Source of the DNA: the human T2T-CHM13v2.0 reference genome, Homo sapiens
Strand: one strand, 5' to 3'
NCBI RefSeq assembly: GCF_009914755.1
Contig: NC_060937.1
DNA length: 64,000 nucleotides
Shown here: positions 31,524-45,720 of the stretch, piece by piece
Numbering within the stretch: position 1 is the first letter of the stretch
Layout of the letters: each line of letters opens with the position of its first letter
The notes under the pieces: model-generated
Database searches by the model: none
Told to the model about the DNA's origin: nothing
What the model saw: only the letters and a program-made list of their open reading frames with translations
Position numbers and translations under genes: made by a program

Positions 31524-34374
31524 AGGATCCCTAAGCATGAACATTATTAGAACACAGTGAAGCTGCTGCATTTGGAATTTTCCATTGTCATCAGAAACTA
31601 ATATTTCTGAATAGGGGGAAATCTTAACTATGTGAAGAGACACCTAGCACTTTCAGCTATGGAAGACCTATTTGACATCAATTTCTGAAAATGACTTGGC
31701 TCTTGAGCAGAAAAATGTAATTAATTCCCAGATATGTGTACTTCATGTCCCTTTTATCCTTAGTAGGCTGAAGAGGCTAGAATTATATGCAACTAAGGAA
31801 ATCCACCCCAGGGAACTTTTCAAGAAAGCACTACAATTATTGATAATTCACCAATAAGAAAGCCCTAAAACTCAAAACTGATGTTTAAATTTTTAAAACC
31901 TTTGTGGATACAATTAAGCATGATGTATTTTTAGAATAATTATGACACTGCGCAAGATTGTCCTCACATCTTTTTTTTAGTGAAGAAGACTTCATTACAG
32001 CTGACAAGTGACTCATAAAAACAGAAATCCCTGCCTACTCTTCAAACTCAATAAACCTGGACAAAAGAAATAAAAACCTAATAAACACCCACCTGTGGGT
32101 AAAGTGCTGCTGGATGTTGTTATGAGTTGAATGGACTAGAAATAATAAACTGGGTACCACTGGAGGGAAAATACCTGCAGCTCAAATGCATCTCAAGGGG
32201 CACATGAATGAGAACTGCAGTATATTTTGCAGAATCTCTTAGCAGGACTGTGGATGAGCCCAGACAAAATGGAGGAAGTCCCCCAAGGTACAGCCAGATA
32301 TAGAAAGTGCTCAGAAACTCTTTCCTCTGTTGGTCACAGGGCTTGTCTAGTCCTAACCTGCTATAGTCAGGGAACCTCATTATCAGGACCTCTCTGCTCC
32401 TCCTGCAGCCTCTCCCACCTATTGTTCTTGGCCCCTTTAGTTTGATGTTCTTGCTTCATCCTGTGCCAAACCTACTGATAGTGGAAGCACTGATTTGACT
32501 CAACCACACAGGACACCCAGGCTGGAGTGACACTTCTGAAAGATGAAACCTTCTGCTTTAAATAATGAAATACTCAGAAAACACAATACCTTCTGAATCA
32601 AAGCGATTTTATCATAGTCAAAATATTGGCCTAAATATACTTTGTTATATTTGATTACATGTTTTTAGAAGATACGTAAACCATGATTTTGAAGTGATTT
32701 TTTTGGTACATACGTTCCCATTTTCAAACATTTATGAAATGCATGTGTTTTACCTTTATGATGAGAAAAAAAGGTAAAAGATTTTAAATCAACAAGTCAT
32801 GTATATTTTATATACAGCCATTTGTTGCATAGAAGAAGGATTTTCTTATATATGTATAATGAACAAACAAGGCTGAATTTAGATGGCTCTGAAAATGTGG
32901 ACTCATATCAGGAAATATATCAAATTATCATTTTACTTTTATATAAAGTTGATAATTCACTGCTGTGAAAACTAACCAATATAAAATTTATGAATTAAAA
33001 AAATAGCTATTCTATTCCCTAAGCATCTGTGGATTTTTAAATAGGTCTTTTTCTTTTAAAAATCAATCTCAAACACACAATCCCTAAAGCCAAATTCTTC
33101 TTATGTTTCCCATGATAGTTAACTAATCTTGTTCTTTCTGCCCATCTCATGTCTCATTCCTGGGTGATCAGAGCACTTCCTGGCATCCCAGTAAGTTCTA
33201 TTGTCCATCTTTCCTGCCTATTAGCACAGAATGAACATCATGATTATTTAGTGTACTAAAATCTACCTTCAGGTATTCAATTTACAACAACAATAACAAA
33301 GCAAGTCTTACACGTATGCGACAACTTTTCAGGTATAAAGGATCTTAGAAAACCATGAGTTTCCTCAAATTACAACTCACTAAAATTAATACAAAGTCAA
33401 GAAATTTGCTAAGCATTCTGAAATAAAATATAAGCTAGAAAACCTCTGGTTGTCATTTTAAGCTGGATTTTAGATTAAGGTTGTTTTTGCTTCCCCTATA
33501 TTTCTGTTTTAGAAGGAAAATTAAAAATTCTGGGACATTTTCCATTCTGAAGTCATTTGGTTGTTAGCTTTGTACCTTTCAGACACTTGAGATGCTCAAT
33601 AATACTGCAAAGTACAGTTCTTGCTGTGTGCTATTATTTGCAGTGCCATATAAAGAAGGTTTTTAAAATAGGAGAATATTAGAGTGGGGGAGGAAAAAAA
33701 GACTCTATTTTTATATCCCATTAGACAGTTTACTGCCTTTCAAGACACCGAGTATAAGGAAGGGTCCATTACCAGTTTTTCAGGTTCTTGGAATATGTCT
33801 CAAAAGGGTTTTTGTTAGTGACTGCAGTCAGCTTTCAGAGCTCTATCCTTGTTCCTGACAGATGCCCACAATGAACTCGCCTATTATTTTTTTGTTTTTT
33901 ATTCTTGGAATGGGGATAGCTATAAAATCTGCTTCTCTTACTACATCTATCCCTCCTTTTATTTGATTCTAACACCCTATTAATACAATATCTTGTCGCA
34001 TATCTTTTTCCATTGTAATAATACTTTCCCAGGGTTAGAAGAAAGGGCAATGAGATTTGCCAGTCTGCAGAGCAACACCGTTAATTTCTTGATCATGGTA
34101 TAGGTGACAATACCATTCAATGATGCCGATGTTATGACAAAGTCATTCTTGATTCTCTATTGCCCATAAATGTCTGTGAAATTCCACATTTTTCTTTTGT
34201 CCCACAAGCCAAATCCTTATTTAGAACATGGCTTCTGTTTAGAATCCTATGTACGATTCTGAATTCTAGGCCTCCAGCATTTTATCCTTTCATTAACTCT
34301 AAAATCCTATAACCTTAAAATAAATAATAGACAAAAGTCAAATATACCAATATATGTAAGAAAAAGACACACAC

Positions 34375-35060
34375 ACAAGTCCAGAAGGAAAATGGGCGAA
34401 GCATGTGAACCAGCAATTCGTAGAAGAAAAAAACCTGAGTGGCCAATAAACATATAAAAAAATGCTTAACTTGATTATAACCTCATCAGTTACTATAAAG
34501 GAATAGAAATCACACTCATTTAGTTGGCTAAAATTTACAAGTTTCATTATATCAAATATTGACATGCTAAGAGGAAAACAGATACATTCTTAGTACTGGT
34601 GGGAGTATGCAGGAACAATTTGGAAGTATATATTAAAAATTAAAAATGTGCATACCCAGTAATTCTATTTTCAAATACAGAACTATTCCCATGGTACACA
34701 AGGAGACTCATGCAAGTATATTAATACTCCAGTATTAGTAATCACACACACACAAAAGGCATCAATCAATTGTAGAATGACCAAATAAAATACGTGATAG
34801 TCACCACTAAATTACCTGGAGTAGGTGTATATTTATTCATATAAATAATATGTAAACAACACTCCATATATTCTATGTAAACATATGTATATACCCATAT
34901 GAAAGTGAGTTTCAAAGTCAAAGATGTCATACATTAAACTCATAATAATGTTATCTTGGAGATACCGGAGAGAGGACCGGAATTGTAGATAATCATAAAA
35001 AAGACTTTGCTGTCTTAATAGTTTAAAGAAAAGAATTAATGTATTTCTTATGTAATTGAG
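34375..35060 (+). mobile_element. Old L1M (L1ME/MC-like) 3' fragment
   Basis: aaatgggcgaagcatgtgaaccagcaattc...ggccaataaacatataaaaaaatgcttaac...actggtgggagtatg. Confidence 0.65.
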
Positions 35061-35803
35061 TTTTTTAAATTCAAGAAATATATGAACTGTAAGGCAGACA
35101 CTCTTTATTACTAAAGTTTTACTTTACAAGTCAAACATGGAAAAAATAAAATATCCATTCTTAGATTAATTCATTGGGAAAACTAGAGGCTTATAGGATT
35201 TTTTTCTAATGAATTTCTCCTTTAAAAACCTTTGTATTCATTAACTGGATATCATTTCATGGGGTGTATTTGTGTGGGTATATATGAACATGTCCATGCA
35301 TGTGGAATATAGGGAATTCACACAGATCTATAACTGTGTGACTGTGGTGTGCAATGTGCAAATCAACTGATAATGCACAAATATATATGACACAAAGTAC
35401 GTCAATGTGAATAATACAGATGTGTAAATGATAGTGTGCAAATTATTTGACAATGTACAATGCACATTTTTAAGTATAACATACACATGCTAGGCTAAGC
35501 AGTGTATAATTTAATCAGTATAAAATTCCTTACTTTAAAGTATATGTTTTTATATTAATTCCAAAAGAACAGCAATTTTTAAAATGTTTCCAGTTTATTA
35601 ATTCAATATTTTTAAACAGACTATCAAAGAAATCATCTGGTTAACGTTTGATGTGCTTTTCATTTGAAGTCTAATATCGTAGCAGAAGGTTGGACTTGAT
35701 GATCTCATATGTTTAGTTTCATCTCTAACCTCTATCATTTGTGATTTAAATAGAAACCACTTGTTTTAACTATTATAGAAGTATTGAAACTAATTTAATT
35801 TAA

Positions 35804-36138
<335 letters not shown>

Positions 36139-37566
36139 TAAGTAAGATAACTCTATTTTGTTGAATAAACCTTTAAAAATTCTAAAAAATCACTTCAACA
36201 AAATAACAGTCATGACTTACCATTATTAACATCTTATAATCCAATAATAATATGATTTTATTTCACATATGTATACTTAATATAAAAAGTTTACTATTAA
36301 TTGTATCAGTATATAAAACAGTCAATTAATTTGGAATAGTAGGTAGAGACTGATGAATAATGAACTTGCCAAATTTCTTAGCTTAAATAACTCATAATTA
36401 CAGACCTTAGCCATTTGTATTAACTAGAATAAATGTCTCAGCATTGTCAAGATTTGCCAAACAAATTACAAATTTTACGGCATAATCTGTTGACATTAAC
36501 AAACAATCTGTACTGAATTTGCTATGTGAACGACACAATGCAACTCTATTAATTCAGCATATGTACAATATGTTCTTAGATTCTATTTCCACAGGTCCCC
36601 TGCTATAATTCCATCTTCTTCAAAATTTATTTTAATATTGTATTTCCTCAGTGCATGATTATTATTTTACAGTCAATAACTTTTGAAAATTACCCTAATC
36701 CAAAGAGCAGAACATAAAGTCTGACATGTAAATCTTATCCTCTGCCTACAGCCTCAACATAGTAAGCTCAATTATTGGTTAGAATTTATAACCTATACAA
36801 ATAGAGGTTTTATAATGGAATCCAGTAGGAAGAAAAAAATAAGTCTCATGATTTTCCATGCATTCAGGATAAGACAGGGAAACAGTCACATGTACTAACA
36901 TGTAAGTTATGCATTTATGCAATCTCCTTTTCTGGAAGGCAAATATTGTGCACTGCCTGTCTGAAGACTTCTGTTTGGAAAATAAGGTATTTTTTCAAAT
37001 GGGTAACTTTTCTTCTGCCATTTTGTTGTAGAGTAGTACAGGAGTTACTGAGATAGGTTCCTCTATGTAGAGAGGCACTGAATAAGCAGAATAAACACCC
37101 ATCACCCAGAAAACCATGGGAAGCAACGTTTAACTTAGTAGCAATTTCACATGACATTAACATTCAGAAAATATGCATTATTAGTATAATTCTATTTAAG
37201 TATGCAACCAGAGGGTAAAAAAATTTACTGTGAAGGTTAGAATGGCTTGTATACTTCATAATTGTATGACATTTGGTCACCGCCAATTAGAATATTTTGA
37301 GTCCTCGTAACACGTCTCAACTGGCTTGTAGAAGAGTAAATGATAGAAACAACTCATACTACTGTGCAACAAGTATTTAACACTGACGAAAGCAAAAAAT
37401 ATAATGTCAATCAGTTAACATTTTAGTGGGTTTCTGTTTTGTAAAAAGAACAAAAGAAACACTAAAACTTTGTAACATCAGAATTTAAAATATTTTATCA
37501 GATTACACAATAAATATATTTTAAGTACAATTTGTTCCCCAACAACTTTAGTTTTTAACAATTGTC

Positions 37567-38177
<611 letters not shown>

Positions 38178-39789
38178 TCACCTGTCTGTTCATAGCTTCT
38201 CAGTGGCTTAAATCCGTACAGGGTTGGTCAGTTTGGAATACTATCAAAAGGCAAGCATCTTCCACATGAAACAGCACATACTACAGATAAAGTAACAAAT
38301 GGGCTGACTTTATGAAATATCTCAAACAAGTGTATAAACAGAGATGACCAAAGGAACTTCCACTTGCCAACCTAGTACACTTGAGCTGTAGGAGCCAAAA
38401 CACTGAAGGGTTTCTCTGCTTATTAAGTTTGTTGGCCTAGGTGAAAGTACCCCTCCAGTGCTTGGCAATTTGCAATGTGGGCACTGAATGGATGTTGATT
38501 TTTCTCTCCTTATTACAATAGTTAATGGTCACTGTAAATCACAACGATTCACAAATCCTCTTGAATTTTGCCCCTTACACAAAACAGCCAGCTGCTGTCC
38601 CTTGATTTTGTACTGTCTGCCATCAAGACTTTCTTCCCAGGTCCCATTTTCAGGGGGCAAAGGGCCTCTTAAGCCCTCCTCAAAGGTCAGCAAAATGTGC
38701 TTTTCCTCAGCAGCTGCTTCTTTTCTTTGTTCATCATCCAGGCTAGTGCTAGCTGCTTTCTTACGGCTGATATCCGTTTTATCCTCTGCAGACTAGTCAC
38801 AGACAGCTGCAAGCTAATTAACCCCTCCAGGTGTCTCTCCTTTTAGGTTTAAACATGGTGTGTGTGGCTAGGAGACAAGATGGTAAGAATATGTAAGAGG
38901 TGTTATCATTATTTTGACTCAATTTCTGTTCCTTCTGGCCTCATTTCACAGAGCTTTATTAATGTTACCAACACCAAGAAAAATTAGCACAAGGTATTCC
39001 CTTTTAAACTGATTAACAGAAGAAAACAGTTTAGTTTAGAAATTTGCTTGAGACTTGAGAGTTCAGTCAAACTCTGTTAATGCCTCAACTATCTTTAGTT
39101 ATTACCATAATTTAGATTTTATTTATTTTGGTTTTTGTTTCTGCCTACAAGTTTCCTTTTTTACAAAAACTAAACAGCAAACCTGTTTGACAATTTACTT
39201 CTTGAAATCTAGCACTATGTTTTAAGCTAGACAAAAATTTAAGGACACAATTGGAGTTCTAAAACTTGAAACAAATCAGCTCTTAATAAGGTAGGTAATC
39301 AACTTATAAGCAAGAATAAATTTGTAATCAAATGAAAATGCAATGCCATCCATCTCAGGTTCTGTGTTTGTACTTACCTGGTGCCTGCCTTCCAGTGGTA
39401 AACATAGTGCCTAACATATAGTAGATCTCAATAAATATTTGCTGAATGAATGAATGAGTGAATGAATAAACTTAAAACACTGCTCAGAGATGTGACTGCA
39501 CATCTCAGGTTTTCCAAAACATTCCTGATCTCAAAAATCCCAACAAGTGCAAAATACTGGTTGAGAAAACTCTACTTCCCAAACGACTACCTCTGTCTTC
39601 AGAAATGCTGATGACACAATCTAATTAGTTTTTGGAAAATACAGAGTATAGTACAGGGCATTGATTTAGAGTATACATTTTTAGTTGGAATGATTTGCAT
39701 CTAAATCCCTGACTTGCCATTTACATTGTGGGTTTAGGTAGTTGCTTAATGTCATGACCCCCCTTCTTTGGTAAAATGAGGGTTTTTCA

Positions 39790-40290
39790 ATGATATGTTG
39801 CCATATAACAAATCACTGCAAAATATGGTGGGTTAAAGCATCTGCTATTTATTGGCCCGTGGTTCTGCAGAAGGCAATTTGGGCTAGGGTCAGATGGGTG
39901 ATTCTTCTGCTGATCTCAGCTGGGTCTAACAGGGCCAAATAGTCGGAGAAGGCTTTGTTCAGAAGTCAAGCAGCTGGGGCTGGCTGACCTCAGTTCTCCA
40001 TGTGGCCTCTTCTCCTTTTCTAGGCTAGACTGGGCTTCTCTCCATGGTCATCTTAGGGCAGTACTCAGATAAACAAGAGAGAGAGCCGCAGGGCCTCGTG
40101 GGACCTTAGTTCCAAAACTTGCACAATGCCACTCTGCCATTATCTCAAGGGGAAAGAAAGTTATAGGCATCAGATTTAAGGGGAGGAAAAATACATTCCA
40201 CTTCTTGGTGGAAGGGAGGCAATGTCACATGGCAAATGGGTTATGTGTCCAGAGAAGCGACGATTCTTACTCTACCCTTGCAAATAATCC
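39790..40290 (-). mobile_element. MLT1-family MaLR LTR
   Basis: ataacaaatcactgcaaaa...ggcaatttgggctagggtcagatggg...attccacttcttggtggaaggga. Confidence 0.65.
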
Positions 40291-40356
40291 ACTAGAGAAA
40301 GTAATCAGTGGGTTATTTAAACATTAAAAGTGCTATCAATGATAGCGCTTTTGCAT

Positions 40357-40420
40357 GTTTATTGTATTTTAACAAATGATAGTTTATTGTATTTAAATAA
40401 ATGATAGTTTATTGTATTTT
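40357..40420. repeat. 25-bp AT-rich tandem repeat, ~2.5 copies
   Basis: Unit gtttattgtatttaaataaatgata. Confidence 0.85.
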
Positions 40421-40978
40421 TATTAGTTTTCTGTAAGATAATTATTTTTCTCCTTCTCTGGCTCATTTTCAAGTAATTTTTCTAGCTAAAACATTGGGGG
40501 GGATGATATTTAGTATTTTGATTCTAATTTTTTAAGCAATTTCTTTAATCATTCAGGCTCATGCTTCCATTCTAAAGAATACTCACTGATTAAATTTAAC
40601 CCAGATTCAGTGAATTTTATGTCTAACCTATTATCCACTTTTCAAAAATTCCTTAAAGTGAATGACAGGTTTAAGGCACATAGCCTGTGTATTTGTGAGA
40701 GGCAGCAGAAAGGAGGTGACTTTCAGGGATATACCCATCCCAGGTAATCCTTCTTTTAAAAATTCATGTTTAGAGTTCAAGGAACATCGAGTCAGGGAAA
40801 GAGGGCCAGAACTGGATTTGTGAGAAATGGATTCTCACAAATCTAGACAAAATTAGAGATGTGTTATAGCCTCTGAGCCTCCTAGGATAAAGACTGCAAA
40901 GGATTCTAGGCAGCTGTGGGAAGATAGAATCAAAAAAGAAGCTTGGGCTGAGTGGTTTTTCCTACCTTTATTCTAGTC

Positions 40979-41197
40979 TGGGGGTTGGCTAACTTTCCGT
41001 AAATGGCCAGATGGTAAACATTTTAGGCTTTATGGGCCTCAGGGTTTCTGTTGGAACTACTGAACTTTTCTGCTGTTGGAGAAAAGCAGCCACAGACCAT
41101 GTCTAAACAAATGGGCAGGGAGTTGCGATAAAACTTTGTTTACAAAAACTGGCAGTAAGCAGGATTTGACCCACTGGCCATGGTTTGCTGATCCCTG
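40979..41197. mobile_element. MER58A hAT-Charlie DNA transposon with 8-bp TSD
   Basis: Degenerate TIRs (tgggggttggc...gctgatccctg); TSD ttctagtc 40971-40978 / ctctagtc 41198-41205. Confidence 0.85.
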
Positions 41198-41324
41198 CTC
41201 TAGTCAGTTGTAAATACACAGCTACAGCATTGCTTTAAGTCTTTAGAAGTCCTGCCAGGACATAGCATCTCAGCTTAGAAATAGCTTTGCTGGTAGTATC
41301 TCAAAGCAGTGCAAGAAATAGTAA

Positions 41325-41603
<279 letters not shown>

Positions 41604-42851
41604 TAAATTACATTGTATAATCATGAGTGTTTTGCCAGACTAAAAGGAGGTAATCTAAATCTAATGCCATGGAATGAATATAGACATAGGTTTGTCTCCT
41701 ATTTTTCCCACTTTCTATCTGTGTGACCCTATGACTATTTGCTCTATAATTCCTTAATTTATTTACTTAATTATGTATCTAGTAAAGATAATTATAATCA
41801 GTTAAATATTGAGAACTCATTAGGTGTGAGGATGAGAATAGTCTACTTTAGTCTTCCTATGACACTCTGTGATATGTACCATTTTTATCCCTATTTTACA
41901 GGGCAGAAGAGGTTAAGTAACTTGTCCAACATTCCCCACCTAGTAAGATGCAGACTATGTCCTGAAACCAATTCCTTCTTTTATCTGGATAGGACCATCC
42001 ACAGAATACTCACTATTGTAGCTCTACCCCATGACAGGTGAATATAATCATCACTGAGCCCTGTCTCTGTCCCCTAAGAGCTGCTTCTGTTCTCTGCATC
42101 TCAACATCTGTACCATTAGAATAAGTTAATAACATGTCACACCTGGGGTTGATGTGAGGACTAGGTGACTTTCCTTACATACAATGTAAGGATCCTAAGT
42201 ATCTTTACAGGAAAGCCTCTTTCAGTTCAACTTCAATTTGGTGTCAAGATTTACAATCACCGCTAGTTTTTAAATGAGATAATATATCTGTATGCACAAA
42301 TATAGGTTATTGTTTTACTGGACATAAGATGGTAAGAATTGCCTAGGACAATTTACTTGTTTTATATTTAGGTAATTCTGAATTAGGGTTTTTATTTCAT
42401 ATTTTGCTTATTTGCTGAAGTACTTATATGGAAAGTGAAAGCATTTGAATATTTGCTGCAATTAATATTAAGAAGCTTAAGCATCCCAAATCTTAATCCA
42501 CTGGAATTGTTCTCAGTACTCAATAATTATCATTGCTGATTTGCAGTCTTGTCTCATTCTCTTGCTCTCTAATATTATTTTGTCTTTACACAAATTGACT
42601 GCTGATGTGTTGTCTTCCCAGGCTGCACAGAGGTTGGCATAACTATTCAGCAGCAAAAAAATACTAAAAATAATAACACCGAAATGGAATATTTGTAAAA
42701 TTAAAAGTTCAAGGAAATACCAACTTTTAAGAACTAATGCTTAATTAACAAAATGCATTTTATATATAAGTATAAAAATACATTTAGAATATAAAATCAT
42801 AGATGCATCATATCAAAGAAAGGAAAATTGCATCATTACATGGGAATCCTA

Positions 42852-43155
<304 letters not shown>

Positions 43156-43763
43156 TTATATATAATATATATATACATATATATAATGTTATTAGCAGCA
43201 TATATATATATGGGCTTTAGGTCAATGTGTTGGACTATGCTTATTTAGACACCTTTTTCCCTTACCCTCCTCACCCTATGCCAAATCAACACAAGGAAAT
43301 AGATAAAAGAGAGTAAGTTTTGAATGTATAAATTATCTCAAAGCTACATGAGCAAACTATCCAGCGGTCAGAGAGTTTGGGAGAATATAAAATCAGAGCT
43401 GTGAGCAGCAGCTGAAGCCAAATGGTTCACAGATGTACTTGGAGTCAATATAAATCTTCAGGGCTTCTGGGTCCCAATAGAGAGAGGAGTTGGGAGGCAC
43501 CTAATATAAGACAGTAAGTTGGAGCTGAGGTGTCTCTACAAAGCTGGGTGTTACAAAGGATTGTTCTGCATTTTATCTGGACTGGAAGAACCCTGGCCTC
43601 CAGCTCAGAAAAAAGCAGAATGTTGCTTGACTTCTGTCCAGATCCATGCGGGGCAAAAGAGTCTCCTCAGAGAAATCAGAATCCAGACCTGGGCCAACTG
43701 AAGTGTGTAGTCTAATTTTACAGTGCCCCCATAATGCAAATAGTTCAAGGACCTCTCCTTCCC

Positions 43764-44147
43764 TGATATGGTTTAGCTGTGTTTCCACCCAAATGTCATC
43801 TTGAATTGTAGCTCCCATAATAATCCCCATGTGTCCTGGGAGGGATTCAGTGGGAGGTAATTGAATCATGGGGGCGAGTCTTTCCTGTGCTGTTCTCATG
43901 ATGGTGAATAAGCCTCACGAGATCTGACGGTTTTATAAAGGGCAGTTTCCCTGCACAGGCTCTCTTGCCTGCCCCCATGTAAGATGTGCCTGCCACCAAG
44001 TAAGACATACCTTTACTTCTTCACCTTGTGCCATGATTGTGAGGCCTCCCCAGCCATGTGGAACTGTGAATCTATTAAATCTTTTTCTTTATAAATTACC
44101 CAGTCTCAAGTATGTCTTTATTAGCAGCATGAGAACACATTAATATA
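43764..44147 (+). mobile_element. THE1B-like MaLR solo LTR
   Basis: tgatatggtttagctgtg...aaattacccagtctcaagtatgtctttattagcagcatgagaac; carries a ~21-bp internal duplication near 43967-44010. Confidence 0.9.
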
Positions 44148-44339
44148 TTCTTTAAGCCACAAAAGTAACACGAGTATCAGTAAGAACGGCTGATATCCAT
44201 GAAACTGCAGCAAACACAACCCCAGTCACAGTTCAGGCCAGAGTACCCCTGAAAAATGAGCTCATAGCCAGTGGAAATGAGCTCATAGCCAATATTATAA
44301 ACCACACAAGAAAATGAACTATTGTAAAGGAGAGTTAGA

Positions 44340-45720
44340 AAATATGGAAGCATTAGAAACAAATTCTAAAATAAGCATGTTTAAAATGTTTGGTGAGATG
44401 AAGAAAAGATTAGAAAGAAAACAGCAAGAACAGGAATCTAAGATAAAAGAACAGGCAGGTTTGAAACAGAATTAGATAGAAATATTAGGTATAAAAATTA
44501 TAGATGTTGGAATTGAAAATTCGATAAATAAATAGCAGTCTAGACACACTGAGAGAAAATTAAGAGTTCAGCAAAGAATTTGAGCTTGAAAATACGTAAA
44601 CAACTCTTGGAGGGACAGAGAATGATAGAAGATTCCTTGTGCAACTAATCAAGGATCAAGAGTGTAACCCAGGGTCCCTGGGTTTTTGGGTACACACTGT
44701 GAAGAACTATCCACTTTTAACTGTTGCACCTTGAGTTTCCGTTGTTTAAAAGTGTTCTAGGAAGAAGCCGAGCCCCTGCAAAACAAAGAACAAACACAAA
44801 AAACTGGTCCCAGGCATCCGGGGATGCCTGAGCTGGAGATGAACTTTGGAGACCTCTTCACCTTACCATACTAAATGCCCTGCCCAGGGAAGAGCTTATG
44901 TGCCATTTTCTGTATGGGCAACATATGAAGAAGCATGAACAACAGCTGTGCCTGCCTGCACTCCACCTCTGCACACAGTGACTCAGCTAAGCAGCCCCCA
45001 CAAAGCCCTGTTTCCACCTGTGTCTGGGGAGGCACTGCTTTGGGAACTATCCCCAGTGTTCTACTTACTTGTTGCCAGTAATGAAATCCCTTGGTTAAAT
45101 CCTCCTTGGTTGTGGTCATTGGACTCCCACCTGCCAAGCAACTGAACCCGCCCATTGTGTGGTAACAAGAGAAGTCAAGAAAATAGAGGGAAGTTAGAAA
45201 GCACGATTTAAAGACATGGAGGATAGAATAAAAAATATGATAAAAACAAATATTAATCAGTATTCCAGAAAACAAAGAATAGAGAGAATGGAGAAGAGAG
45301 CTGTTTTGAGAAGATAATACCTAAAAACCTTCCAGAATTGAAGAAAGGCATGAGTCTCATATGCAGAGAATGAGTTCACAGTAGATAAAAAATAAAAATC
45401 CATGCCTAGGCACAGGATACTAAGACCATAAGACAGCAAAGACAAAGGGTAAATCTTAAAAACTACCAGAGAAAAACGATGTTAAAAAAAACCCAAATTC
45501 ACAAAGCCAAAAAAAAAAAAAAAAAAAAAAAGGAAAGCCTTAAAATTCGACTCACGGTAGGCTTGTTATTGGCAGTAATAGATTCCAGAATACAACGAAC
45601 ATATCTCAGGTTTTATGTCCAATCAATACCAAAGGAGAATTCTGCACTAATTGAAGCTAATTATCAAAAATAAGACAAATTAAAGCCATTTTCAGAAAAG
45701 TACACAGGAAGCAGAAATAT
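44340..45720 (+). mobile_element. Ancient L1M ORF1-region remnant, interrupted by an LTR
   Basis: A-rich degenerate ORF1-like text (gagaatggagaagagagctgttttgagaagataatacctaaaaaccttccagaattgaagaaag). Confidence 0.55.
44663..45167 (+). mobile_element. Solo LTR (MER54/MER74/MER88/LTR53-like group)
   Basis: TG...CA termini (tgtaacc...ggtaaca), agag direct repeats on both sides, 505 nt. Exact family uncertain. Confidence 0.75.
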
